64,000 nucleotides of DNA from a virus. Position 1 is the stretch's first letter. Each line of letters begins with the position of its first letter. The translations under genes and the position numbers were made by a program. The stretch is taken from positions 64,004 through 128,003 of IMG/VR virus record IMGVR_UViG_3300017917_002068, one strand, 5' to 3'. Below, in pieces: positions 7,993-16,614 of this stretch. The notes beneath the pieces were generated by a model. It was not told the origin of the DNA and did no database searches. It saw only the letters and a list, made by a program, of their open reading frames with translations.

Positions 7993-8437
7993 ACGACTAG
8001 GTCGCAAACGTATCATTTTTGATCGTGTGCATAACGAACCGTATCTGGAAAGATATTATCTCTTTCTGAAAGAACGAGAAAGTTTTCCTTTTAATGTGTT
8101 TTTACACAAATTTTTAAAAGGTGATCCAGATGATGTTCATGATCATCCTTGGCCATATGCTACACTTATCTTGAAAGGTGGCTACTATGAATGGGTTCCG
8201 CAATTTAATACAGACGGCACAAAGAGTTGCGAAGTTCGCCATTGGCGTGGCCCTGGTCATTTTCGTATTTGCAGTCCTAATAGCTATCATCGCATCGAAT
8301 TAAAAGAAGGCGTAACTGCATGGACTTTGTTTATGCCTGGCCCTCACAAACGTGATTGGGGATTTTTAGTTAATAATAAATGGATTCAACACGAACAATA
8401 CCTTAAGGAAAGATATGAACAAGCTCGTAATCAGTAA
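7973..8437 (+). CDS. Cupin-fold protein
   Basis: Metal-binding cupin motifs HDHPW...GGYYE and YHRIEL. Confidence 0.75.
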   Translation: MLLKLLERLGRKRIIFDRVHNEPYLERYYLFLKERESFPFNVFLHKFLKGDPDDVHDHPWPYATLILKGGYYEWVPQFNTDGTKSCEVRHWRGPGHFRICSPNSYHRIELKEGVTAWTLFMPGPHKRDWGFLVNNKWIQHEQYLKERYEQARNQ

Positions 8438-9002
8438 TGAGCAGTTAAAGGGGTTGATCTCTAAACTCTGTAGAGATATCTCAAACAGTGGTTGGCGTCC
8501 CGACTATGTGGTAGGAATTACACGAGGTGGATTGATTCCTGCTGTCATGATCAGTCATTATCTCGGTGTTCCTTGTGAAACTCTAAAAGTTAGCCTCAGA
8601 GACGGCGGAGAACCGGAAAGTAATCTTTGGATGGCTGAAGACGCTTATGGTTATGTTAGAGATGAACGAGTTGTTGAGGATGAAAACGATGTCGGAGCAA
8701 TTCTGGAAGCTGCGTCCGATTTATTGGAAAACGGCGATCGATACAAAAATATCCTTATCGTCGATGATATCAACGATACTGGTTCTACATTTAATTGGAT
8801 CATACAAGATTGGCCTAGCGGATGTTTTCCCCGCGATCCTTCATGGAACGACGTATGGAACAATAACGTTAAGTTTGCTGTATTAGTAGATAATCAAGCA
8901 AGCAAATGTAATGTAAAAATGGATTATTCTGCTATGGAAATCAACAAAGCAGAGAAAGATGTCTGGGTTGATTTTCCCTGGGAAGATTGGTGGGCGAAAT
9001 GA
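8415..9002 (+). CDS. Type I phosphoribosyltransferase (xanthine/guanine PRT-like)
   Basis: VVGITRGGLIPA, PRPP-binding loop ILIVDDINDTGST and C-terminal WVDFPWE. Confidence 0.9.
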   Translation: MNKLVISNEQLKGLISKLCRDISNSGWRPDYVVGITRGGLIPAVMISHYLGVPCETLKVSLRDGGEPESNLWMAEDAYGYVRDERVVEDENDVGAILEAASDLLENGDRYKNILIVDDINDTGSTFNWIIQDWPSGCFPRDPSWNDVWNNNVKFAVLVDNQASKCNVKMDYSAMEINKAEKDVWVDFPWEDWWAK

Positions 9003-9226
9003 TTGATGCTAAAATAAAAATACATTGTACTGATAACGGTAAAGATGTAGATGCTCATATTCTTAATTACAAGCCCAAAGCCTTTTTAGAAGTAGCATTT
9101 CAAACTGTAAAATTAAGAATGGTGTATAAAGAAAATACTCGAGTATTTTTTGGTAGCTTAATGGGCAGAGAGTTTGTTGTTAAAGAAGATGCGTTACCAG
9201 GAGAACGTAAGGAGTACCAACGATGA
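8999..9226 (+). CDS. Hypothetical protein
   Basis: ATGA overlap at 8999; 75 aa. Confidence 0.7.
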   Translation: MIDAKIKIHCTDNGKDVDAHILNYKPKAFLEVAFQTVKLRMVYKENTRVFFGSLMGREFVVKEDALPGERKEYQR

Positions 9227-9624
9227 AACAAAACGACACCAATAAAGTAATGCTAGGACAACCTGCATTTATCGAAGATAGTAATGCACCATGGGATAAC
9301 GTTGTCGAAGAAGACTTTCACGTTAAGGTATTTTTAGACAAGTATCCTGTTACAGAAGGACATCTTCTATTTGTACCTAAATATAATACTGTTCATGTGT
9401 TAATGGATTGTTTTGAAACCGCTGTACAAGACGGAATCAAAAGAGTCCATGATGGAGAATGGGACGGATTCAACGTAGGTTTCAATTACGGTCAAGCTGC
9501 AGGTCAGACTGTTGAATGGCCGCATGTACATCTCATTCCACGACGTGCAGGAGATATGGAAGATCCTACAGGCGGTGTTCGTCATGTCATTCCAGAAAAA
9601 GGTAACTATAAAAAAGGAAAATAA
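9223..9624 (+). CDS. HIT-family nucleotide hydrolase
   Basis: DKYPVTEGHLLFVPK and AAGQTVEWPHVHLIPR (histidine triad with the first His replaced by Trp). Confidence 0.9.
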   Translation: MKQNDTNKVMLGQPAFIEDSNAPWDNVVEEDFHVKVFLDKYPVTEGHLLFVPKYNTVHVLMDCFETAVQDGIKRVHDGEWDGFNVGFNYGQAAGQTVEWPHVHLIPRRAGDMEDPTGGVRHVIPEKGNYKKGK

Positions 9625-9625
9625 A

Positions 9626-9817
9626 ATGCAGGTACGAGTAAGTGAAAAAATTGGAACTTGTGGTTGTGGTCGTAGTCCTACCGGAGATTGTATCGGTTGG
9701 CACGGCCTAGAAGAAGGTGAATATAGAGAAAAACTTGCCGAGTGGGAATTAGAAGACTATAAACGTAGAGCTAAAGAAACTTGGAACGATTCATGTACAT
9801 CAGAGAGGAAAGAATGA
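9626..9817 (+). CDS. Small CDGSH-like (3Cys-1His) iron-sulfur/zinc-finger protein
   Basis: CGCGRSPTGDCIGWH resembles the CxCxxS...CDGSH motif; AAGGA RBS. Confidence 0.6.
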   Translation: MQVRVSEKIGTCGCGRSPTGDCIGWHGLEEGEYREKLAEWELEDYKRRAKETWNDSCTSERKE

Positions 9818-10017
9818 GAAAAGAAATTATTGGAACATTAAAGCAGCATTTTGAAGCACACATTCTAAAGCATAAAATGAATGTTGATATTATGTTAGCT
9901 AATCCTATGGCTATCCATGATCACACCGATCTTATGGATGCTATTGAGAAAGAAATAGATCAGATAGCAGAATACATGGATAAGCTAGAAGTCATGGAAA
10001 AATATTTCAGTGAATAA
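9814..10017 (+). CDS. Hypothetical helical protein
   Basis: GAGG RBS and ATGA overlap. Confidence 0.7.
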   Translation: MRKEIIGTLKQHFEAHILKHKMNVDIMLANPMAIHDHTDLMDAIEKEIDQIAEYMDKLEVMEKYFSE

Positions 10018-10204
10018 AGTTACTGTCCCGTGGCAAAGTCAAACCAACGAATGGTGGAATGAGACCTGTGCCACAATCGTTGAACATTTTGGTCTTCCTG
10101 GCGGAAAATATGTAACTAACGTTAATACTGAATGTATGGATTTTATTTTTTATAATGATCATGATGCATTAATGTGTAAATTATTAGTAAGCGAGCATGT
10201 GTGA
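10010..10204 (+). CDS. Hypothetical protein
   Basis: 64 aa; overlaps both neighbours. Confidence 0.65.
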   Translation: MNKVTVPWQSQTNEWWNETCATIVEHFGLPGGKYVTNVNTECMDFIFYNDHDALMCKLLVSEHV

Positions 10205-10446
10205 AAGAAAAAATCATCATAGGAATAGCTCTTATATTTTCTGTTTTAATTTTAGTGTTATCTGACTTTGGTCAAAACAGGACTGTAATTTATGATTGCC
10301 GAGATGCACATTGGCATCCAGATATCCCTATTGAAGTTAAAAGAGAATGCAGCAGATTAATGTATGAAGAATGGAAAAGAGAATACGATGAAAGAAAAAA
10401 TGATCCGAGCTTACATGAAAACCGCAGAGATCTTCTCAGAACTTAG
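10201..10446 (+). CDS. Small membrane-anchored hypothetical protein
   Basis: N-terminal hydrophobic helix IIIGIALIFSVLILVL and a Cys pair. Confidence 0.6.
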   Translation: MKEKIIIGIALIFSVLILVLSDFGQNRTVIYDCRDAHWHPDIPIEVKRECSRLMYEEWKREYDERKNDPSLHENRRDLLRT

Positions 10447-10861
10447 TCATGCTCGCAGATTACACGTAGGTGCCATTGTAGTTAAAGATGATAGAATTAT
10501 CTCTATTGGCTATAATGGTATGCCAGCAGGGTGGGACAATAATTGCGAGTACGAAGATATTGGATTTGGTGATGCAGTGTTTGGAGAGTCACAATCTCTA
10601 ATTAATAGAGGGTTGAAAACAAGACCAGAGGTTTTACACGCAGAGTCAAACGCCATAGCAAAATTAGCTCGTAGTAACGAATCTGGTCTAGGTGCCGATA
10701 TCTTTATTACACACAGCCCCTGTATTGAATGTGCTAAACTAATTTTTCAAAGCGGTATTACTCGTGTTTGGTTTGGTGAAAATTATAGAAATACTGACGG
10801 CATCGAATTTCTTAAAAAATCAGGAGTAAAAGTTGAACAATATGAAGACTTGGACTCTTAG
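10388..10861 (+). CDS. cd: dCMP deaminase
   Basis: VGAIVVKDDRIISIGYNG, HAESNAI and SPCIECAK zinc motifs. Confidence 0.92.
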   Translation: MKEKMIRAYMKTAEIFSELSHARRLHVGAIVVKDDRIISIGYNGMPAGWDNNCEYEDIGFGDAVFGESQSLINRGLKTRPEVLHAESNAIAKLARSNESGLGADIFITHSPCIECAKLIFQSGITRVWFGENYRNTDGIEFLKKSGVKVEQYEDLDS

Positions 10862-11051
10862 CATAGAGGAAGATCCAATTTCCGGAGATGGTATTTTGAC
10901 TTTTCCTCCGGACCTATTAAGTGAAGCAGGTTGGTCAGAAGGGGATAGTATTCACTGGATCGATAATCAAGACGGTTCTTGGAGTCTTGTCAAAGAAGAA
11001 GACTTGACAAACTTCATTAAAAAAGGTATAATAAAGAATGAGCAAAATTAA
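10842..11051 (+). CDS. AbrB/MazE-like small DNA-binding protein
   Basis: LTFPPDLLSEAGWSEGDSIHW swapped-hairpin signature. Confidence 0.6.
   Translation: MKTWTLSIEEDPISGDGILTFPPDLLSEAGWSEGDSIHWIDNQDGSWSLVKEEDLTNFIKKGIIKNEQN
11004..11032 (+). promoter_or_regulatory. Perfect sigma70 promoter TTGACA-17-TATAAT, 5 nt before the queE ATG
   Basis: TTGACA at 11004-11009, TATAAT at 11027-11032, ATG at 11038. Confidence 0.85.
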
Positions 11052-11889
11052 AATCGCAGAGCTGTTTTACAGCATTCAAGGTGAAGGACGCTATATGGGT
11101 GTTCCTTCTGTTTTCTTACGTACATTTGGTTGTAACTTTAAATGTGCAGGCTTTGGTATGCCCAAAGGTGAATTAAGTAAAGAAATTGAAGATATCGCAG
11201 CTAGAGTTCATTACTTTAACAAATATGAAGAACTTCCATTGGTATCTACTGGCTGTGACAGTTATGCTAGTTGGGATCCACGTTTTAAAGACCTTTCACC
11301 AATGCTCACAACAGACGCCATCGCAGAAAGATGTAGTGAGATTCTGCCTTTCGGTGAATGGAAAGACGAGCATTTAGTTATCACTGGCGGAGAACCTTTA
11401 CTGGGTTGGCAACGTGCTTATCCAGATCTATTAGATCATCCTAAGATGAAAAATCTTAGAGAGATTACATTCGAAACTAATGGTACTCAAAAACTAAGCC
11501 CAGAATTTAAACAATATCTGCTTAATTGGGGTATGGAGAATCGAGGCTATCATAAATTAACATTTAGCGTCAGCGCCAAACTAAGCTGTTCTGGAGAAGA
11601 ACGTCACGAGGCCATTAGACCGGACGTTGTATGCGAATACGAAGAAGTTGGTTATACATATCTTAAATTTGTCATTGCCACCGAGGAAGATGCAGAGGAA
11701 GCATTAGAAACTTTAGACATTTATCGTGCAGAGGGATTTAGTGGTCCTTGCTATTTGATGCCTGTGGGAGGTGTTGAAAGTGTTTATACATTGAATAATC
11801 GCCGTGTAGCAGAACTAGCAATGAAAAACGGTCTTCGTTACAGCGACAGACTGCAAGTGCCTTTGTTTAAAAATGAGTGGGGTACATAA
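11038..11889 (+). CDS. queE: 7-carboxy-7-deazaguanine synthase (radical SAM)
   Basis: ELFYSIQGEG, VFLRTFGCNFKC...CDS, VITGGEP, FETNGT, SVSAK, LKFV and RLQ motifs. Confidence 0.92.
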   Translation: MSKIKIAELFYSIQGEGRYMGVPSVFLRTFGCNFKCAGFGMPKGELSKEIEDIAARVHYFNKYEELPLVSTGCDSYASWDPRFKDLSPMLTTDAIAERCSEILPFGEWKDEHLVITGGEPLLGWQRAYPDLLDHPKMKNLREITFETNGTQKLSPEFKQYLLNWGMENRGYHKLTFSVSAKLSCSGEERHEAIRPDVVCEYEEVGYTYLKFVIATEEDAEEALETLDIYRAEGFSGPCYLMPVGGVESVYTLNNRRVAELAMKNGLRYSDRLQVPLFKNEWGT

Positions 11890-12179
11890 TGGAATTATGG
11901 CAAAAAGTCAAAGACTTTTGGATTCGTAGTTATACCAGTGACCGTCGTGCATTCTATTATGAAACTATTGCCAGTATCTGTGTTTTTATTTCAATGACAT
12001 GGATTAGTGTAACTGCACAACATCCTCCAATGCACTTAATTTACCCTATTAGTTTTGTTGGTGCAGTTTTTAGTATTGCTAGTTTTCTTAGGCGAGGTGC
12101 AGGATGGCCGTTGGTCATGACCTGCTATTTTGCCTGCTTACACGTTTTCGGCTTTGGCCGTGCTATGGGATGGTATTAA
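11889..12179 (+). CDS. Small integral membrane protein (about 3 transmembrane helices)
   Basis: Three hydrophobic segments; TAATG coupling to queE. Confidence 0.7.
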   Translation: MELWQKVKDFWIRSYTSDRRAFYYETIASICVFISMTWISVTAQHPPMHLIYPISFVGAVFSIASFLRRGAGWPLVMTCYFACLHVFGFGRAMGWY

Positions 12180-12180
12180 A

Positions 12181-12609
12181 ATGAAAAAATGGTTGAAAAA
12201 AATCACAGGAATTGAAAAATTAGAACAAGAAAAAGAAGAAGCACTTGCTCGAGTAGCAGAAGCCAAAGTTCGAGAGGAAGAAGCTAAAAAAGCAGAAGAA
12301 TTAGCAAAGCTGAGTCCAAAAGAAAGAGCCACTGCTAAGGGTGAGCCGTATATCGCAGTGTTAGATACCAAAGTAAATCCGGAAAATATTCGGAACGGCT
12401 TTTTTGAACTTGACTGGAATGACCAATTTGTGCTACAATTAAAACAAGAAGGTTACGGTTTTGACGGAGATCCCGAAGAAGAAATCGTTGATCGTTGGTT
12501 TCGAGATATTGTAAGGCAAATGCTTGAGCAAGAAGGTATGGACACAAATAGGCCCGCAGGTTACATTAACGTAATTCCGATTAATCAAAAACAATCAGAA
12601 GTTTCATGA
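12181..12609 (+). CDS. Conserved phage hypothetical protein
   Basis: N-terminal coiled coil followed by GFFELDWND. Confidence 0.75.
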   Translation: MKKWLKKITGIEKLEQEKEEALARVAEAKVREEEAKKAEELAKLSPKERATAKGEPYIAVLDTKVNPENIRNGFFELDWNDQFVLQLKQEGYGFDGDPEEEIVDRWFRDIVRQMLEQEGMDTNRPAGYINVIPINQKQSEVS

Positions 12610-13613
12610 CATATATTCTAGTAGATACTGCTAATACATTTTTCCGAGCTAGGCACGTTATAAGAGGCGATGCCGATATTAAGCTCGGAATGGCTTTTCA
12701 TATCACGTTAAATTCTATTAAAAAAGCATGGAAAGACTTCGATGGAAGTCATGTGATCTTCTGTTTAGAGGGACGTTCTTGGCGTAAGGATTACTACGAG
12801 CCATATAAGCGTAATCGATCAGATGCCCGTGCTGCTCTTACTCCTTCGGAACAGGAAGAAGATCAACTATTTTGGGAAGCGTTTGATACTTTTAAAGAGT
12901 TTATCATCGATAAAACAAATTGCACGGTCTTACATAATCCCCAATTAGAAGCAGATGATTTAATTGCTGGATGGATTCAAAATCATCCTAGCGATAATCA
13001 TGTTATTATTTCGACAGACAGTGATTTTGCACAATTGATCGCACCTAATGTTAAACAATATAATGGCGTAATGGAAATGACCATTACACACGAAGGTTAT
13101 TTCGACGATAAAGGTAAATCAATCATCGATAAAAAAACTCAATCACCCAAGCCGGCACCAGATCCAGAGTGGCTCTTATTTGAAAAATGCATGCGTGGTG
13201 ATACCAGTGATAATGTTTTTTCCGCATATCCGGGTGTTCGTACTAAAGGCACAAGCAAAAAAGTAGGCCTTACAGAAGCATTTGAAGATCGTAAAAGCAA
13301 AGGGTATGCATGGAACAATCTCATGCTTCAGAGATGGACTGATCACGAAGGCAAGGAACACCGAGTGTTAGAAGATTATGAACGAAATCGTAGATTGATC
13401 GACTTGACACACCAACCCGATCATATTAAAGAAATTATCAATACAACCATACAATCTGCTATCGATCAGAATAAAAATATTAATCAGGTCGGCATTAGAT
13501 TAATCAAGTTCTGCAATCTATACGATCTAAAGAAAATTGCCGACCAAGCGCAGCAATATGCCGAACCATTGAATGCGAGATACAACAATGAAAATAAAAC
13601 TATGTCGGTATGA
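12606..13613 (+). CDS. rnh: T4-type RNase H / 5'-3' flap exonuclease
   Basis: YILVD, SWRK...YKRNR, LEADDLIA, ISTDSDFAQL and GDTSDNV motifs. Confidence 0.92.
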   Translation: MTYILVDTANTFFRARHVIRGDADIKLGMAFHITLNSIKKAWKDFDGSHVIFCLEGRSWRKDYYEPYKRNRSDARAALTPSEQEEDQLFWEAFDTFKEFIIDKTNCTVLHNPQLEADDLIAGWIQNHPSDNHVIISTDSDFAQLIAPNVKQYNGVMEMTITHEGYFDDKGKSIIDKKTQSPKPAPDPEWLLFEKCMRGDTSDNVFSAYPGVRTKGTSKKVGLTEAFEDRKSKGYAWNNLMLQRWTDHEGKEHRVLEDYERNRRLIDLTHQPDHIKEIINTTIQSAIDQNKNINQVGIRLIKFCNLYDLKKIADQAQQYAEPLNARYNNENKTMSV

Positions 13614-13654
13614 TGATAACTGCCTTGAAAGTAAAAAATTGCGGAGGACCTAAA

Positions 13655-14131
13655 ATGACAGACTTACACGCCAAACCAATCATTGATGAAAAATTTTGGA
13701 TCGTAGAAAAAGACGGAGAAAAATTTGCCACACTAAGAAAAAACGAAGACAACAGATTTGTTCTTAGTAATGAGACTGGGGTTAAAATTTTTGATACTAA
13801 AAAAAGTTTAACAGACCAATTCGGAAAAGATTTCTTCATAGCGAAGATTATCAAAGAAAGAACAGATGCACCTGATCTAGAAGTACATGGTTATGCCTGT
13901 TCTAGCATTCCACATAATCCGATGTTCGACATTAAAAAGAAACTACCTCTTTTTACAAAAAGCGAAGATTCAAAAAGTTTATACTGTGCAGGTTATTATG
14001 TTATTCGATTTGAAAAAGGATGGGTAAAAAGCTTTTGTCCTAAATTGATTACTCTTCAAAGATATCAGTATCAAGGTCCTTTCAAAACAGAATTAGAAAT
14101 GAGACAGGTGTTATCAAATGTCAGCAAATAA
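13655..14131 (+). CDS. Hypothetical protein
   Basis: GGAGG RBS before the ATG at 13655. Confidence 0.75.
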   Translation: MTDLHAKPIIDEKFWIVEKDGEKFATLRKNEDNRFVLSNETGVKIFDTKKSLTDQFGKDFFIAKIIKERTDAPDLEVHGYACSSIPHNPMFDIKKKLPLFTKSEDSKSLYCAGYYVIRFEKGWVKSFCPKLITLQRYQYQGPFKTELEMRQVLSNVSK

Positions 14132-14366
14132 TATTTCAACAAAACTAACTAGTGTAGAAAAAATAGTTCAAAGATTAGTTTCTGCCGAAAAAAGCAATCA
14201 GAAAGAAATTAGGCTAACAGTACAAGAAGCTAGAGAAATCGTAACTGATTTAAGTATCCTGACTTCTAAATTGGGCAAACACATTGAAGAAATACATGCC
14301 AAATTAGATAAAATAGAAGTTGCCAGCAATGAAATCAAGGTGCAGGTCGATGGAGGAACATTCTAA
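14118..14366 (+). CDS. Hypothetical coiled-coil protein
   Basis: 82 aa; overlaps the upstream gene. Confidence 0.7.
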   Translation: MSANNISTKLTSVEKIVQRLVSAEKSNQKEIRLTVQEAREIVTDLSILTSKLGKHIEEIHAKLDKIEVASNEIKVQVDGGTF

Positions 14367-14370
14367 GAAG

Positions 14371-14377
14371 ATAAATA
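14371..14377 (+). promoter_or_regulatory. Putative late promoter ATAAATA
   Basis: Intergenic; resembles the T4 late promoter TATAAATA and recurs before structural genes. Confidence 0.55.
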
Positions 14378-14407
14378 TATGCGTGTATTATAAAAGAGAA
14401 GAATTAG

Positions 14408-14692
14408 ATGAGCAGACCAAAACCTAAAGTTTTACTTGAATATGCTAATAAAGAAAATTATAGAATCGAGCAAATTCTAGAAGCGGATGCCATTTGGGCT
14501 GTTTTCTATAAGGGTCAGCCGTTTAATCTCAAGAGTGGCAGTTTAGTGGCTAGCTATCCTGGACCTAAATATAAAAAAGTTTCATTTTCAAATCCAGGAC
14601 ATGCTCGAAACCTAGCTAAAAAACTAAACAAGATGTTTAAGACAACTGACTTTCAAGTTTATAGATTAACTACCGGCGACGTCGTTGAATAA
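14408..14692 (+). CDS. Conserved phage hypothetical protein
   Basis: 94-aa basic protein (MSRPKP...YPGPKYKKVSFSNPGHA). Confidence 0.8.
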   Translation: MSRPKPKVLLEYANKENYRIEQILEADAIWAVFYKGQPFNLKSGSLVASYPGPKYKKVSFSNPGHARNLAKKLNKMFKTTDFQVYRLTTGDVVE

Positions 14693-15093
14693 TGATTACC
14701 AAAGAAGGTTTTACTGAAGCTTTTTTAAAAGCTGCTGACATAATACCTACTCCAGAAATTCTAAAAGAAAAAAAAATTCAATGGTGGTTTAACGTCCGAG
14801 ACAAAGACGAAGGCGGACTACGCTTAACAGAAGATGGCATAGAATTTATTAAAAATGATGCCGATATCAAAACATATACAATTAAACTTCCCGGACACGT
14901 TACACTTACTCCACAGATTTTAGTTTGGTTAGATCAACAAATAAAATCACCTTATCATATTACCAAAAAAGAAATAACAGTTCTTTCAGAAAAAGATGCC
15001 TTTGAACTCTATCTATTTTCGGGCGATGTTAGAAAAATGGGATATTCAAAAGCACTATCAAAAAGATTAAGCCAAGAATCAAGCGAACTCTAA
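14692..15093 (+). CDS. Hypothetical protein
   Basis: TAATG coupling; 133 aa. Confidence 0.75.
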   Translation: MITKEGFTEAFLKAADIIPTPEILKEKKIQWWFNVRDKDEGGLRLTEDGIEFIKNDADIKTYTIKLPGHVTLTPQILVWLDQQIKSPYHITKKEITVLSEKDAFELYLFSGDVRKMGYSKALSKRLSQESSEL

Positions 15094-15119
15094 ATCAACG
15101 ATTTAAATATTGTGCTATT

Positions 15120-15389
15120 ATGATTACTATTAATCCTTTAGATCATTTGGATAAAAGAAAACTTGAATGGATTCCTGTTCATTTTTTCAAATCAAGATTA
15201 AACTATCTTTCTGATACTGAGAAAATCAACGATTGGATAAAGTATCGATTGAAGGGTAGATATTGTCTAGTTACTTTACCACATATCGACAAGGATGAAA
15301 AAACAAAATCAGCCACTTTTGTGGCCTTTGAAGAAGAAAAAGAACTAACATATTTTATGTTAGCATGTCCATACTTAAGGAGTTTATAA
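15120..15389 (+). CDS. Hypothetical protein
   Basis: 89 aa, coupled to the next gene. Confidence 0.7.
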   Translation: MITINPLDHLDKRKLEWIPVHFFKSRLNYLSDTEKINDWIKYRLKGRYCLVTLPHIDKDEKTKSATFVAFEEEKELTYFMLACPYLRSL

Positions 15390-15631
15390 TGACAGACGCA
15401 ACCAAAGAGCAAGCAGCGCAACAGCCTACCGCACCGCAGGCTCAAGCACCACAAGCTGCACAAGAAGGTGCAGAATTAACCATTAATGATCTTAACGCTT
15501 TGAAGACAGTCATCGACGTTGCCACACAACGAGGTGCATTCAAAGCCGCAGAAATGGAAGCCGTAGGAAAAGTTTATAATAAACTATCAAATTTTTTAGC
15601 CAGCGTTAGCGGTGCTAAAGAAGGACAATAA
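15389..15631 (+). CDS. Hypothetical protein with an Ala/Gln-rich N-terminus
   Basis: AAGGAG RBS; TAATG start at 15389. Confidence 0.75.
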   Translation: MTDATKEQAAQQPTAPQAQAPQAAQEGAELTINDLNALKTVIDVATQRGAFKAAEMEAVGKVYNKLSNFLASVSGAKEGQ

Positions 15632-15632
15632 T

Positions 15633-16301
15633 ATGAAAACATTAAAACATATCGGTAAGATTGTTTCAACAGGATCTAGAGTTCTCGTAGCGTTCAGAAC
15701 GATTCCAGGAGCATCCGATCATGCATTAGTTATCGAAGCAAACAATTTGACTCCTGTAGAACACGATGCTATTATGAAATTAGTAGAATCTGATCAAGCA
15801 CAGGAATCTTTTGAATTTGGCGAAATACTAGCTATTAGACATTTCCCCGATGGTAGATTAATGCTTCCAACACTGCATCAAGAAGCTAAATTGACTAAAG
15901 TTCCAACCAGCGATGTTTTTGTAACGCCAACCTCTGACGAAACTCAAACTATTCTTTTAACTGAGTTAAATGCAATTATTGCCGGACAAAAGAATTGTGC
16001 AGTTGATGATCTTTGCACATTTGTTTCCGGAGCACCAAAAGTCGAAGAACGGACTGTTGCTAGAGTCAATGAAGGAGGAAAAGATCTCGGCGAGCCGACA
16101 ATTCCTCAAAAACCGTTAAACGAATCAGCTCCGTTAAAAGCTTCTGCAAATAGTGTATTGAGTGATACTGATATCGCTAGATCTTATCGCAGCCAAGCTG
16201 ATGCGATGTATAAAGAAGCTGCAAGGCTTCGCAAACAAGCTGACGAATTAGATCCGCCAAAGAAGAAAGTTGCCAAGGTAAAAGAAACCACTGATGCCTA
16301 A
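15633..16301 (+). CDS. Hypothetical protein
   Basis: AAGGA RBS before the ATG at 15633. Confidence 0.75.
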   Translation: MKTLKHIGKIVSTGSRVLVAFRTIPGASDHALVIEANNLTPVEHDAIMKLVESDQAQESFEFGEILAIRHFPDGRLMLPTLHQEAKLTKVPTSDVFVTPTSDETQTILLTELNAIIAGQKNCAVDDLCTFVSGAPKVEERTVARVNEGGKDLGEPTIPQKPLNESAPLKASANSVLSDTDIARSYRSQADAMYKEAARLRKQADELDPPKKKVAKVKETTDA

Positions 16302-16614
16302 AAGATTTTTCAAGCCACCTAAGAATGTTGTTCAAGAGTGGCCTGAAATCTTTGAAGATATGTATATGAGTACTATCCCTGTGAAGTACATGCATAGCGT
16401 AGAAATTGAATTCAATGACGGACGGCTCTGGGAAATAAACATCGCAGAACAGTTAGAAAATGAAGAAGCGGAGATTGTGGCGAAAAAATTAATCGAAGCT
16501 TTTAGGGAATATCAAGACGAAATACATAATATGAATTTCAGTGTTGATATAGAAAAATTAAAAAATGATGTAATTAGATCTACGAAAGGTTTTTTGGACA
16601 AAGATGAATGTTAA
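16294..16614 (+). CDS. Hypothetical protein
   Basis: 106 aa; overlaps both neighbours. Confidence 0.7.
   Translation: MPKRFFKPPKNVVQEWPEIFEDMYMSTIPVKYMHSVEIEFNDGRLWEINIAEQLENEEAEIVAKKLIEAFREYQDEIHNMNFSVDIEKLKNDVIRSTKGFLDKDEC

Noticed and set aside
13588-13654. Mini-ORF MKIKLCRYDDNCLESKKLRRT, or a possible frameshifted N-terminal extension of the 13655 gene
   Set aside because: The downstream gene has its own GGAGG RBS and ATG; there is no evidence for recoding.
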